A stretch of 64,000 nucleotides of DNA, from NCBI GenBank assembly GCA_963794945.1, contig CAWCFT010000003.1:32001-96000 (forward strand), in the 5' to 3' direction. Of the stretch, positions 42,046 to 51,371 are shown one piece after another. This DNA comes from Endomicrobiales bacterium. Lineage in GTDB: Bacteria > Elusimicrobiota > Endomicrobiia > Endomicrobiales > CAWCFT01. Positions within the stretch are counted from its first letter, which is position 1; every line of letters starts with the position of its first letter. Below the pieces are notes generated by a model that was not told the DNA's origin, searched no databases, and worked only from the letters and a program-made list of their open reading frames with translations. Made by a program: the position numbers and the translations under genes.

Positions 42046-42447
42046 ATGAAACTTAGAATTGAAATTCCAAAGGGGCGGGGGCTGGAATACAAAATTGCCG
42101 TGGCCACGCTTAAAAAGGCTGACATCTATCAAATAACCACAACCAAAAACGGGACATTTCATAGCGGCGACTTCGATACTATCAATGATGAACTTTTCGT
42201 TGTGTGCCTGTTTTGTTCCATGCTGGATACCTCGCGCTTCTTTGTAGAAGGCAAGCCCAGCTCCAACGTAGAGGCGCTCAGTTTTTTAAGGGAGCAGGTG
42301 TTCAAAGGCGGGGATGAAAAAGGGATGTGGAGCCTGGATGTAAATATAGACTTTAAAAAAGGCATCACGTCGTGTTTCGTTGGCCGCAAGAAAACAGGTG
42401 ATGAGCTTCTGCAGGAGATAAAGGCTCAGATCAATCGCCTTAAGTAA
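42046..42447 (+). CDS. Hypothetical protein
   Basis: GAGG RBS; co-directional and closely spaced with the upstream gene. Confidence 0.65.
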   Translation: MKLRIEIPKGRGLEYKIAVATLKKADIYQITTTKNGTFHSGDFDTINDELFVVCLFCSMLDTSRFFVEGKPSSNVEALSFLREQVFKGGDEKGMWSLDVNIDFKKGITSCFVGRKKTGDELLQEIKAQINRLK

Positions 42448-42475
42448 GTTGCCGGTCTGGTTGTGCCCCCCTGCT

Positions 42476-42565
42476 TGTCATATCGAATCCCGCTGTTGCG
42501 GGTGAGAGATCTGTTGTTCGCACGGCAGAAGATTTCTCTCCCGCCCTGGCGGGATCGAAATGACA
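42476..42565. repeat. Palindromic intergenic element (TGTCA...TGACA, REP-like)
   Basis: Its 3' arm CCGCCCTGGCGGGATCGAAATGACA is the reverse complement of TGTCATTTCGATCCCGCCAGGGCGG at 49227. A looser relative lies at 56879-56982. Confidence 0.7.
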
Positions 42566-42593
42566 GAAGTGGCTTGGCTTAACCCGTTAAACC

Positions 42594-43148
42594 ATGAACT
42601 ACATATTCGTCCTCATCATCTACCTCATCTGGTTCATCGTTGCCGTATACCTTACAATCGCCGCGCTAGGCGCGAAGCCCGAACCCAACAGGCGCCTGGG
42701 CCAGAGCTTTGGCCTGCTGTTCGGCATCATAGCCGCCTTCCTCATTCCCCGCCTGCACGTATTCAACTTTCTTAGATATCCCGCGCCAGGCAATGTTGTA
42801 ACCGGCATAGGCGCAGCGCTGTGCGCCCTGGGCATGGCCCTGCTGGTTTGGGGGCGGCAAAGCCTTGGCAGGAACTGGAGCCAAACCGTATCTGTTAAGC
42901 AGAAGCCGGAACTTGTAACTTCCGGGCCTTACCATTGGGTGCATCACCCCATATACGCGGGCGGACTTGTGGCGAGCCTGGGCTCTGCTGTAGCCTGCCG
43001 CGGAGGCTGGATATTCCTTTTTTTAATTCTGGGGTCCATATTTATATTGCGGATATTCGCGGAAGACAGGCTGATGGCCAGCCAATTCCCTAGCGATTAC
43101 CCGGCCTACAAGAAGCGCACCTGGGCGCTTATACCGTTCATTTGGTAG
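42594..43148 (+). CDS. Isoprenylcysteine carboxyl methyltransferase (ICMT/PEMT) family membrane protein
   Basis: LGRNWS, LVTSGPYHWVHHPIY, EDRLM...F..DY..YKKRT..LIPFIW. Confidence 0.85.
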   Translation: MNYIFVLIIYLIWFIVAVYLTIAALGAKPEPNRRLGQSFGLLFGIIAAFLIPRLHVFNFLRYPAPGNVVTGIGAALCALGMALLVWGRQSLGRNWSQTVSVKQKPELVTSGPYHWVHHPIYAGGLVASLGSAVACRGGWIFLFLILGSIFILRIFAEDRLMASQFPSDYPAYKKRTWALIPFIW

Positions 43149-43335
43149 GGCAATAGCCCGCAGGCAAGACAGCAATTAATATTGTAAATTCAATCAGTTC
43201 TACGAATTGTTATTGAATGCGTGATAAAATCTTGACAAAACTACGACAAAAACTAAATAAATTTGTGACAAAAACGTAATAAGATAGTAACAAGATTTTA
43301 ACAAGACATGAAGATCGATCAAAAGGAGGGTTTAC

Positions 43336-43953
43336 ATGGCTGAAATGAAGGGCATCGGAATGGTTAAGAAGAGCGATATATTGCTCAGAGGTATCAAGAA
43401 CAGGCCATTGATAGAAGACATGCTAAAGCAGTTAAAAGATAATAAAGACCCGGAATATGTTTATGAAATAGAAACAGCGGCAGCAACGAAAGAAGAGGTT
43501 CAAAAAGACTTAAGGGAGTTGAAATACGATTTAAGTAAACTTTGCAAGAGCAGCGAGACCGGCAAGATAGTGTTCACTATAACCGATTGCGGCAATAACA
43601 AGTTCTGCATATCTGCGGCTATAAACAACAAACCTAACAAACCAAAGCCGGCAAATAAAAAAAAGAGCGATCATGAAAAGGTTCCGCAAACCGTTGCGCA
43701 GCCCGTTCAAAAGCAGCCGCAAACTGTTCAAGAATATAAAGAGCAGATGCTGAAACAGGTTGAAGAAACGCCTGTCCAGGCATTACCTGTATTTTTAACG
43801 CAGCAACAAACCATGCTTGCGGTACAACAACAACAGCTTTCTGTGCCGGATATAAAAGAAGAGGACGCGGCAAAGGCCAAAGAAAAGATACAAGCGCTTC
43901 AGGAAATAATTGAAGCAATCAAATTAAAGCAAGCACGAAATCCTAATATCTAA
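43336..43953 (+). CDS. Hypothetical protein, Gln-rich C-terminal half
   Basis: AAGGAGG RBS; 205-aa ORF with no recognised motif. Confidence 0.7.
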   Translation: MAEMKGIGMVKKSDILLRGIKNRPLIEDMLKQLKDNKDPEYVYEIETAAATKEEVQKDLRELKYDLSKLCKSSETGKIVFTITDCGNNKFCISAAINNKPNKPKPANKKKSDHEKVPQTVAQPVQKQPQTVQEYKEQMLKQVEETPVQALPVFLTQQQTMLAVQQQQLSVPDIKEEDAAKAKEKIQALQEIIEAIKLKQARNPNI

Positions 43954-44271
43954 ATCCGAAAAAATATTCAAAACTCAAATATAGTTGTTTTGTCTTTTTT
44001 GAATTTGTCTATTGGTCTGCCACGTTAAACCCCCCAAGCTCCTGCTTGGTGATGGATTGGCGGTCGCCGAAGGCGAAACTTAGGTTGTTGGCGTAGTAAA
44101 AGAAGCCGTCTGCTCCTGCTGGCGGAGTTTCACCTGTTTGATATTGTTTAGGAATTCGGTATTCGTGCCTAGAAATTGCTTGTTAAAGCTCTGGAGCTGC
44201 AATGGCAAGGTAATTCGGTATGGAGGCAAGAAGTTGGTTAAAACGTTAAGTATCATCAGCCCAGCTGCCCC

Positions 44272-44325
44272 TTGACAAACCCCGGCATTTTGATTAAAAT
44301 ATATTTGTAATACAATGTATTTCAT
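44272..44325 (+). promoter_or_regulatory. Sigma70 promoter and probable autoregulatory operator of the TA pair
   Basis: TTGACA (44272-77), 17 nt, TAAAAT (44295-300), followed by the imperfect palindrome TGTAATACA-A-TGTATTTCA. Confidence 0.7.
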
Positions 44326-44337
44326 TGAGGTGAAATT

Positions 44338-44559
44338 ATGAAGAGCGTATTTTCGATAAGGTTGACCGAGTTTGAGAGAAAAGAGCTCGGCCAGATAAGC
44401 AAAGAAGATAAATCCCCCGTGGGGAAATTGATAAGAGAATCTATAGACCGGTTTATAGCGGTTAAAAGGTTCAGACAGTTAAGAAAAAAGGGAATGGCTT
44501 TCGCGGAAAAGAAGGGAATTTATACGGATGAAGACGCCTTCAAGGCCTTTGAAAGATGA
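44338..44559 (+). CDS. Ribbon-helix-helix (CopG-like) antitoxin
   Basis: FSIRL...L..ISK.......LIRESI; C-terminal GIYTDED; ATGA overlap with the PIN gene. Confidence 0.8.
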   Translation: MKSVFSIRLTEFERKELGQISKEDKSPVGKLIRESIDRFIAVKRFRQLRKKGMAFAEKKGIYTDEDAFKAFER

Positions 44560-44954
44560 GGATCGTAATAGATTCAAACGTTCTTTTTTCCGCTTTTGTC
44601 GCCAGAGGTATCTGCGCTGAGATAGTCGAATCGGTATTAATGAGGCACGATTTGATAATATGCGAAGAGATACTGGCTGAACTGAAAAGAAATCTGTCTA
44701 AAAAAGCCGGCGCGCCCGGCTCAGTAATTGAAGAATACATTAAGTTGCTGAAAATGTATTCGGTTGTCCATAAGCCCTGTAGTGTTGAAATTAATGCCTG
44801 CAGGGATAAGGATGACTTAATGGTTCTTGGCACGGCGGACGCCGGCAATGCCGATGTTATTATTACAGGCGATAATGACCTTCTGTCGGTAAAAACTTAC
44901 AAAAACATTAACATACTGAGCCCAAGGGACTCAATAAAACTTTTAAAAACATAA
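44556..44954 (+). CDS. PIN-domain toxin
   Basis: MRIVIDSNVLFSA, ILAEL, CRDKDD and ADVIITGDNDLL. Confidence 0.9.
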   Translation: MRIVIDSNVLFSAFVARGICAEIVESVLMRHDLIICEEILAELKRNLSKKAGAPGSVIEEYIKLLKMYSVVHKPCSVEINACRDKDDLMVLGTADAGNADVIITGDNDLLSVKTYKNINILSPRDSIKLLKT

Positions 44955-45118
44955 AACATTCCTTTGTTCCTGTTTGTCAATCTTAAATACCCAGCCAATA
45001 ACCCAGCATCTCCCGTCTATTATTTAAATCATTTTACTTTGAAAGAGCTTATTATATTTGGTATAATTTTTGAGGCTTTGGGAAAAATGATTATCTTCCG
45101 TATAAAAGGGGAATCCGA

Positions 45119-46239
45119 ATGAAAAACATTTATATTTTAGCGCTCGCGCTGGTATTTCTCTCGCGGCTCCTGCGCACGCGGGCAGAATATATACTGTAGC
45201 CGTGGCCGATTTTGAAGCCCAGAACATGTCGGGGTACGATTCCATGGCGATAAGCGAGTTTTTCAGGAGCGGGATGGTCAACGCCGGCCTCTGCAGGATA
45301 ATCAGCCGGGGCAGTATGGAAACCGTGCTAGCAGAGCAAAGATTCCAAATGAGCGGCTGCACCGAGCAGGACTGTGTGGTTAAAATGGGCAAGCTGTTGA
45401 ATGCCGAAAAAATAATTTCCGGAAAGATAGTGAGCTTTAACGAGGAATACTACATAAACGCAAAAGTAATAGATGTCGAAACAGGAGAGATACAGTATTC
45501 GGAACAGATTAAGTGCAAAGACAAAGCCGAAATGCCAAAAAAAGCCGAGGAACTCGCGTGGACGGTCTCGGAATGCGTATCAAAAAAGAAACCATTTTTT
45601 AGGGAAATTCAAGAAGGACGTAAAAAATTTGCTATTTATGCCTGTGGGGTAACACCATTTATAAGTATTCCAGCAACTACTCAAAAATTTGTCGGTACAC
45701 AAGATATGAACGTCAAAATTGACGGCTCGCAATTTCCATTGCTCAATAGTGGGGTAGGTATCAAGATATTGCCATGGAAAAATATCTGCGCAGATATATC
45801 AGTTATGAATGATTTGACACAATATATTAATGTCAATCAAAAATCGCTGTCTAATTCATTCTCAAATAATGCAACCGCTTCTTTCAAGAATTGCAATACA
45901 TTGTACAATTTATCTTATATTTTTCTTCCAGAGAATAGATTGAGCTATACGGTTGGAGGTGGTATCGATAAGGCGGCTATGAGTTGGGGATATGATTCCT
46001 TCAACTCGAACAACGGTTACTGGTTAAGGCTTTTGGATAGCCACCTTGAAACTATATACTTCCTTAGCATTGGGGTTGAATATAAATTGTATGATAGTAT
46101 AAGTGTTTCATTAAGCTCGTTATATTTGGTAAATAATTACAATACAATCGATTTAAATGGGGGCGGTAACATATTAGAGCTCAAACCGCAGTCGCCTTTA
46201 GTTTTTAAACTTTCAGCTGCTTACCACTTCAATTTCTAA
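45119..46239 (+). CDS. CsgG/TolB_N-like domain plus outer-membrane beta-barrel; frameshift in the signal peptide at about 45160
   Basis: TVAVADF, SRGSMETVLAEQRFQMSGCTEQDCVVKMGKLLNA and VIDVETGEI; a C-terminal alternating beta pattern ending AAYHFNF. Confidence 0.75.
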
Positions 46240-46318
46240 TTTTTTTGAAAATACACAGAGCATATTTTAATCTGTGTAACCTTTTTTGTTATCTGAATAT
46301 TCAAGGCCGCGAAGCGGC

Positions 46319-47059
46319 CTAAATCTCTTCGATGTACTTTTTCTCTATCCAGCCTTTAAGGCCTTCGCTCTTTAGGCCCACAGCAATCCAATCGTCTTTC
46401 GCGCCGAGTATCATCAGTTTGCGGCCTTCGGGGAGGGTGAAACCAACCGAGTTCTCGCTGCCCGGGCCGTTGCGCACGTTTGCGGGGCCAGCTATAACTA
46501 TCGCCTCGTGATTTAAAACTTCCTGATTGATCTTAATAACCAGCCAGCCTGCAAATACAACCACAAGTGAGACCAGGACGATATTCAATATAAGTATGCC
46601 CTGCTGTTTTAGAATAGTATAAAATATTATCCCAAATATGAGCAGGAAGAATAGTGCCGAACAAAGCACTGTCAGCTCGTTTAGCGATATAAGGTTGTTG
46701 AGAGCCGTGAACATTATTTCGGGGAACGGCTCACCCGGTTCTTTTACCAGCGTGCGCATGAAGTTGAGGTTGAAACGTATGTCGGAGTCGCGGGGTTTGA
46801 GCCTTGCCGCCCGCTCGTACATGAGCACTGCCCTGCCTGTCCTCTGCGTCCTGTAATACGAGTTCCCGAGGTTATAGTAGAGCGCCGCGTTTACGCCGCT
46901 CTGCGCGAGTATGCTTTCATATATATCGGCGGCTTTGTTGAACTGCCCCTTGGAATAAAGGCCGTTTGCCTGGTTAAAAAGCGCAAGAGGGCTATCCTGC
47001 GACGCGAAAGCGCCCGCCGCGCAAAGTATAAAAGTGAACATAAATAATAAACGTTTCAT
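46319..47059 (-). CDS. batE: BatE-like TPR/SH3 protein
   Basis: FNQAN.LY, LYYNLGNSYYR and YERAARLKPRD.DIRFNL; two TM helices; SH3b-like VRNGPG...GWI. Confidence 0.85.
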   Translation of the reverse strand: MKRLLFMFTFILCAAGAFASQDSPLALFNQANGLYSKGQFNKAADIYESILAQSGVNAALYYNLGNSYYRTQRTGRAVLMYERAARLKPRDSDIRFNLNFMRTLVKEPGEPFPEIMFTALNNLISLNELTVLCSALFFLLIFGIIFYTILKQQGILILNIVLVSLVVVFAGWLVIKINQEVLNHEAIVIAGPANVRNGPGSENSVGFTLPEGRKLMILGAKDDWIAVGLKSEGLKGWIEKKYIEEI

Positions 47060-47080
47060 GATAAGGCCTTGACCTCTATT

Positions 47081-47301
47081 TTGCATAATTCCACCCAGGT
47101 TGCTAGGCAGTTGTATTGATTTGGTTGCGCTCTAAAGGGCGCTCCCAAAAGATATTCTAATAGTTGGTCATCTTTGCGAGCGAAGCAGCTTGCCCGCCTG
47201 TATGTAGTGGCGGGAAGCAATCTCAAAATACTTAAAACGAACATCGAGATCGCCACGGTCATCTGCGATGACCTCGCGAAGACAATCATTTGATACCACC
47301 C
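47081..47301 (+). repeat. Structured dispersed repeat of about 220 bp, copy 2 (batD-batE junction)
   Basis: Direct-orientation homologue of 39361-39583. Confidence 0.9.
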
Positions 47302-47387
47302 TGCTTGCTGCGCGTAGGTTCATTAAATACTTCTAAGAACTGTAATCAATGTAATCTCTGCAAAAATCTGTGTAATCGTTTTTCCGC

Positions 47388-49190
47388 TTAACGCATCTCT
47401 TTTTCCAGTCTGCCTATAACGTCCCCCGCCTCTTCAAATATCGCGCGCATCATTTCCGGCGTAACGCTTGTGGGCGCGAAGCGCACAAGGTTGCACTCGT
47501 CAAGTATCTTCGATACTTTTGAAATAGTATCAGCTTCAACTTTTTTGGATAACAGAATCTCGCTTATAGAGACCGTTACAAGGCCGTCGGCCGAGACGTT
47601 CGTTTTATTGGCTATAAATTCCAAGAGGGCCCTTGAGATGGCGTTATAGTAGTCAGCGGGCGAGGCGTTAGATGCCAGCATCGCTTTGGCTTTCTTCAAA
47701 TACTTTTTGGCCGTGGACGAAGCGCGCAGGCGCCTTGCGAAAGCTACGTCTCCCGAAAGCTTTTCCTGCCATTTTACGTAGCCCAAAAATACGCCCAGCA
47801 GGCAAAGAGGAAAAACGTTTACCGCGATAAACCAGGGTTTTTCGTAAAGGATGCCGCCGGAGGCCTTCCAGGAGTTCAGCGATTTTATGTAGCGTATGTC
47901 GCTCTGCATGACGTGGATATCATTCTTTATCCCGAGCATGGCCGCGCTTACGGACTGGCCTGCAGCCGCGGGCTTTACGTCAAGCGGCATGTCCGGTGTG
48001 GAAACCGTGCGGTAGGCTCTCAGCTGGGGGTCAAAATACGAGAAAGCTATGGGCCTGATATTCTTCTGCCCTGCCGTGAGCGGGACGATGATGGTCTTGA
48101 ACTCTTTCGAGCCTTTTAATATGTCGCCGTCCTTGTTTATGTTAAGCGAGTTGACTGTTTCGTACTTTTTGAAATCCTGCCAGTCGGGCAGGACGGGGTC
48201 GGGCACGGTTTTTATATTGCCGGTGCCGGAGATGGTTAAGGAAAGAGTAACGGGCTCGTTGGCGCGGACAAACTTTTTGTCGAGGGAAGCCGATATCTTG
48301 AACTGCCCCACGGCGCCGGAAAAACCGGCCGGCTTGCCGTTCTCGGGCAGGGGCAGGACGTTTATTGTCACAGGGTTCGTGTGGACTACCTGGGTTTTGC
48401 CGCCGGAAAAAAAGCTCGAGAAGAAGGCGTCGCCGGCTTCGTTCTGGCTGAAATCTTCAACGCTGCACTGCAGCGCGCCCGCGCCGAGGTCGAACCTACC
48501 GGACTTGGTGGGGAACAAAAGTGTTTTTACTTCGGTCACCAGGTACTGTATGCCGTTTATGGTGGAATAGTAGCTCTTGGGCGCGGTGTCCTCTGTCCAG
48601 AAGCCGCTGAAGTTGGCCGGGGTGTACTGCGGGTTGGCAAGCAGGCGGATGCGCCTGTAGAACTTGAAAGTATAGTTTACCTGCTCGCTTACGTATGCCG
48701 TGCTCTTGTCTACGCCCGCCGTTATGAATAGGTTCCGTCCCGCGTCGGTCGCCTGCACCCCGCTGTTGCCGCTGCCGGACGCCTGGGCCTGTTTAGGCGC
48801 TTTACCCGCGGGAAGTACTTCCACCTGTATGGGCTCGGTACGGTACGTTTTGCCGTCTTTCTCGAGAGTTATTGGCTGTATCGTGTATTTACCTGTATTT
48901 TTCGGGGCGAGTGTGTAGCGGTATATTATTGAGCTGGACATTTGCCCGTTCATTATGGACATGCTCTGCGACCGGCCGGAAGAATAGACCGTGAAATTGC
49001 CCATGTCCGGTATTGTGGGGTTGGGCAGGTTTGCCATGTTGCCTGAGACTGTGAGCTCGAGCACTATCTGGTCGTCAAGGGAGATGGAATTCTTGTCTAC
49101 CGACGCCGATATGGCAATGCCGTCCGCGAAAAGCGGCATGGCGTTAAGCAACAATATTAAGGAAAACGCAGCGATAAAAAGTTTTTTCAT
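47388..49190 (-). CDS. batD: BatD family protein
   Basis: Signal peptide; ASVDK, SQSMSIMNG, LPLP...KP..FSGAVGQF, ISGTGN and FSYFDP; C-terminal TM. Confidence 0.9.
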   Translation of the reverse strand: MKKLFIAAFSLILLLNAMPLFADGIAISASVDKNSISLDDQIVLELTVSGNMANLPNPTIPDMGNFTVYSSGRSQSMSIMNGQMSSSIIYRYTLAPKNTGKYTIQPITLEKDGKTYRTEPIQVEVLPAGKAPKQAQASGSGNSGVQATDAGRNLFITAGVDKSTAYVSEQVNYTFKFYRRIRLLANPQYTPANFSGFWTEDTAPKSYYSTINGIQYLVTEVKTLLFPTKSGRFDLGAGALQCSVEDFSQNEAGDAFFSSFFSGGKTQVVHTNPVTINVLPLPENGKPAGFSGAVGQFKISASLDKKFVRANEPVTLSLTISGTGNIKTVPDPVLPDWQDFKKYETVNSLNINKDGDILKGSKEFKTIIVPLTAGQKNIRPIAFSYFDPQLRAYRTVSTPDMPLDVKPAAAGQSVSAAMLGIKNDIHVMQSDIRYIKSLNSWKASGGILYEKPWFIAVNVFPLCLLGVFLGYVKWQEKLSGDVAFARRLRASSTAKKYLKKAKAMLASNASPADYYNAISRALLEFIANKTNVSADGLVTVSISEILLSKKVEADTISKVSKILDECNLVRFAPTSVTPEMMRAIFEEAGDVIGRLEKEMR

Positions 49191-49226
49191 AGTTACATTT
49201 CAAGCTGATTGAAAAATCCTCTATTG

Positions 49227-49316
49227 TGTCATTTCGATCCCGCCAGGGCGGTAGAGAAATCTTGCTTTATATCCGAGACAAGATCCCTCTCCGCATCTGG
49301 CGGATCGGGATGATAT
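49227..49316. repeat. Palindromic intergenic element related to 42476-42565
   Basis: TGTCATTTCGATCCCGCCAGGGCGG...CCGCATCTGGCGGATCGGGATGATA. Confidence 0.7.
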
Positions 49317-49429
49317 CTTTGGATAGATTTTTCAATATCCTCAATCTACAAAATATTCAACCCCAAATCAAGAAGCGCCTTCTTATATTTTAGAAATTAG
49401 GATTTCGATATTAGATATTGCCTTTAATG

Positions 49430-50086
49430 CTACCAGTCCTCATCCGTTTTGGGCTGCTCGGGCTGCTTCATTTTCCGCTTGTCGGCGCCCATTTTTTCCT
49501 GGTCGTTGTAGTACTGCAGTATCCTCTGGGCGTCTTCCTTGGACATTTGGTTCTTGTTCTTATCTTTTTTATCTTTGTCGTCCTGTTTGCCGGCGCCGGC
49601 GTTCTGCTTTTTGTCCTTGTCGTTATCTTTGCCGTTCTTGTTCTTGTCGTTCTTCTGTTTCGGCATGTTCTTGTTGTTCAAGAGGTATTCGAGGTTGTAC
49701 TTGGCGTCCATGTCCCTGGGGTTTAGCTCGAGGCATTTTATGTAATTTTTGATAGCTTCATCCGGCTTTTGCTGGGCGTAAGCGTTGTTGCCCATGTTGT
49801 AGTAGACCTTGCTGCGGAGCATCTTGTCCTTGGTGTTGAGCGCCTTCGTATATTCTGTGTTAGATTCGTCGTAACTGCCGGTCTTGTGCAGAGCGTCGCC
49901 GATGTTGTAGTACACAATGGGGTTATCCGGCGCGGCCATCTGCGCCTCCCTGTATTTATCGAGCGACTTATCGTACTCGCTGCTTTTGTAAAGGCTGTTG
50001 CCGGAAAGGACGTTACCATAAGCCGTGGCAAAGGCATTCCGCGAGAAGAGAATTAGGAGTGTTGACAAAATTAAGTATTTTTTCAT
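49430..50086 (-). CDS. batC: BatC-like TPR protein
   Basis: TPRs (YNIGDAL, YYNMGN, DAKYNLE); a K/D/N-rich linker; MSKEDAQRIL; ends DW. Confidence 0.87.
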   Translation of the reverse strand: MKKYLILSTLLILFSRNAFATAYGNVLSGNSLYKSSEYDKSLDKYREAQMAAPDNPIVYYNIGDALHKTGSYDESNTEYTKALNTKDKMLRSKVYYNMGNNAYAQQKPDEAIKNYIKCLELNPRDMDAKYNLEYLLNNKNMPKQKNDKNKNGKDNDKDKKQNAGAGKQDDKDKKDKNKNQMSKEDAQRILQYYNDQEKMGADKRKMKQPEQPKTDEDW

Positions 50087-50137
50087 ATCTGTTCCAATAA
50101 AGAAGTCATTTCTGTGAAAGCAGCAGCTCCATATAAT

Positions 50138-50228
50138 CCCTTCTCCCCTTGCGGGAGAAGGTGGGGATGAGGGGGGGGGGTACTAACTTTCACCCTCACC
50201 TCAATCCTCTCCCGTCAAGGGAGAGGAT
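50138..50228. repeat. Palindromic CCCTCTCCC/GGGAGAGG-type intergenic element
   Basis: CCTTCTCCCCTTGCGGGAGAAGG...CCCTCACC...TCCTCTCCCGTCAAGGGAGAGGA. Confidence 0.7.
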
Positions 50229-50271
50229 TCAAACAAAAACAACCGATATCGCATAGCTGCAATGCAATGGT

Positions 50272-51276
50272 TTAATTGTCTCTCCTCTTTGTTTCTGGTA
50301 TAAAATATTCAGCCAGCAGAAGCAGGAGCCCCAGGAAAAGGAAATACTGGTAGCGGTCCTCCAGCTGCCTGTTGAGCCGGGAAGACACCTTGCTTTTCTC
50401 AAGGCCGCTTATCCCGTCCACTATCCTTATCACGTCAACGTTACCGCCCTCGGCCCTAAAATATTCGCCGCCGGTGGTGGATGCTATCTTAGAAAGGAGA
50501 GTTTCGTCCATCTTTGACATCACAACTTCGCCCTTTTTGTTCTTCTTGTAGCCGGCGAACTTGCCGGCCTCGTCTTTTAGAGGTATAGGCTCGCCGTTAA
50601 CGCTGCCGTAGCCTATGGTGAATATCTTGACCCCCTGGCTGCGGGCGAGGTCTGCCGCGCCGAGCGGGTCGGAATCGTGGTCCTCGCCGTCGGTCAGGAG
50701 CACTATGGCCTTTGAGCCCGGGGCGGATTTTGAAAGCCCCTTGAGCCCCAGCCTTATGGCGCCGCCGATGGACGTGCCAGGCATGGGTATGAGGTTCGTG
50801 TCCATGATCTCCAGGAAAAGGTTAACGCTCGCTATATCAAGCGTGAGCGGGCACTGCCAGAAAGGGACACCAGCGAAAGCTATTATGCCCACCCGGTTGC
50901 CGCTCAGCTGGTTTATAAGCATCGCGAGCGTGCTCTTGGCTTTATCGAGCCGGCTGGGCTTAATATCTTCGGCCAGCATGCTCTTTGAGACGTCCACCGC
51001 TATGACGACATCAGAGGCTTTCTGTTTTACTTCGACGAGCTTCGAACCGAACTGCGGCCGCGCGAGCGAGAATATTATGAAGAACAGCGCGAGGAGCAGT
51101 ATCACCGCTTTCAATTTCTGGAGCGACGGGTTTGCCGATGATATCTTGCCTAGCATCTTGTCTTCGGCGAAAGCCAGCAGAGCTTTCTTCTTTGCCCTGA
51201 AAGAGAACATGAAAAAGACCGCGAGCGCCGGCACCGCGAGCAGAAAGAATAAAATGTTTTGGTTAGCGAAATTCAT
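50272..51276 (-). CDS. batB: BatB-like VWA protein
   Basis: LARPQFG, DVSKSM (MIDAS), PSRL, PLTLD and LLTDGEDH. Confidence 0.88.
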   Translation of the reverse strand: MNFANQNILFFLLAVPALAVFFMFSFRAKKKALLAFAEDKMLGKISSANPSLQKLKAVILLLALFFIIFSLARPQFGSKLVEVKQKASDVVIAVDVSKSMLAEDIKPSRLDKAKSTLAMLINQLSGNRVGIIAFAGVPFWQCPLTLDIASVNLFLEIMDTNLIPMPGTSIGGAIRLGLKGLSKSAPGSKAIVLLTDGEDHDSDPLGAADLARSQGVKIFTIGYGSVNGEPIPLKDEAGKFAGYKKNKKGEVVMSKMDETLLSKIASTTGGEYFRAEGGNVDVIRIVDGISGLEKSKVSSRLNRQLEDRYQYFLFLGLLLLLAEYFIPETKRRDN

Positions 51277-51371
51277 GGTTAAACCTTATTATAAGATTAA
51301 AAATTATAAGATTTCGAAAATTAAGTCGTCAATCTTAAATCTTCATAATTTTCAATCTTCAATTGTCTTTA

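Noticed and set aside
44080..44325. 81-aa minus-strand ORF
   Set aside because: Its start overlaps the TA promoter and operator, with no RBS or recognisable motif. A gene remnant cannot be excluded.
39063..47289. Similar minus-strand ORFs 39063-39638 and 47056-47289 (LRLLPATTYRRASCFARKD)
   Set aside because: Their similarity is just translation of the 220-bp repeat, and they overlap real genes.
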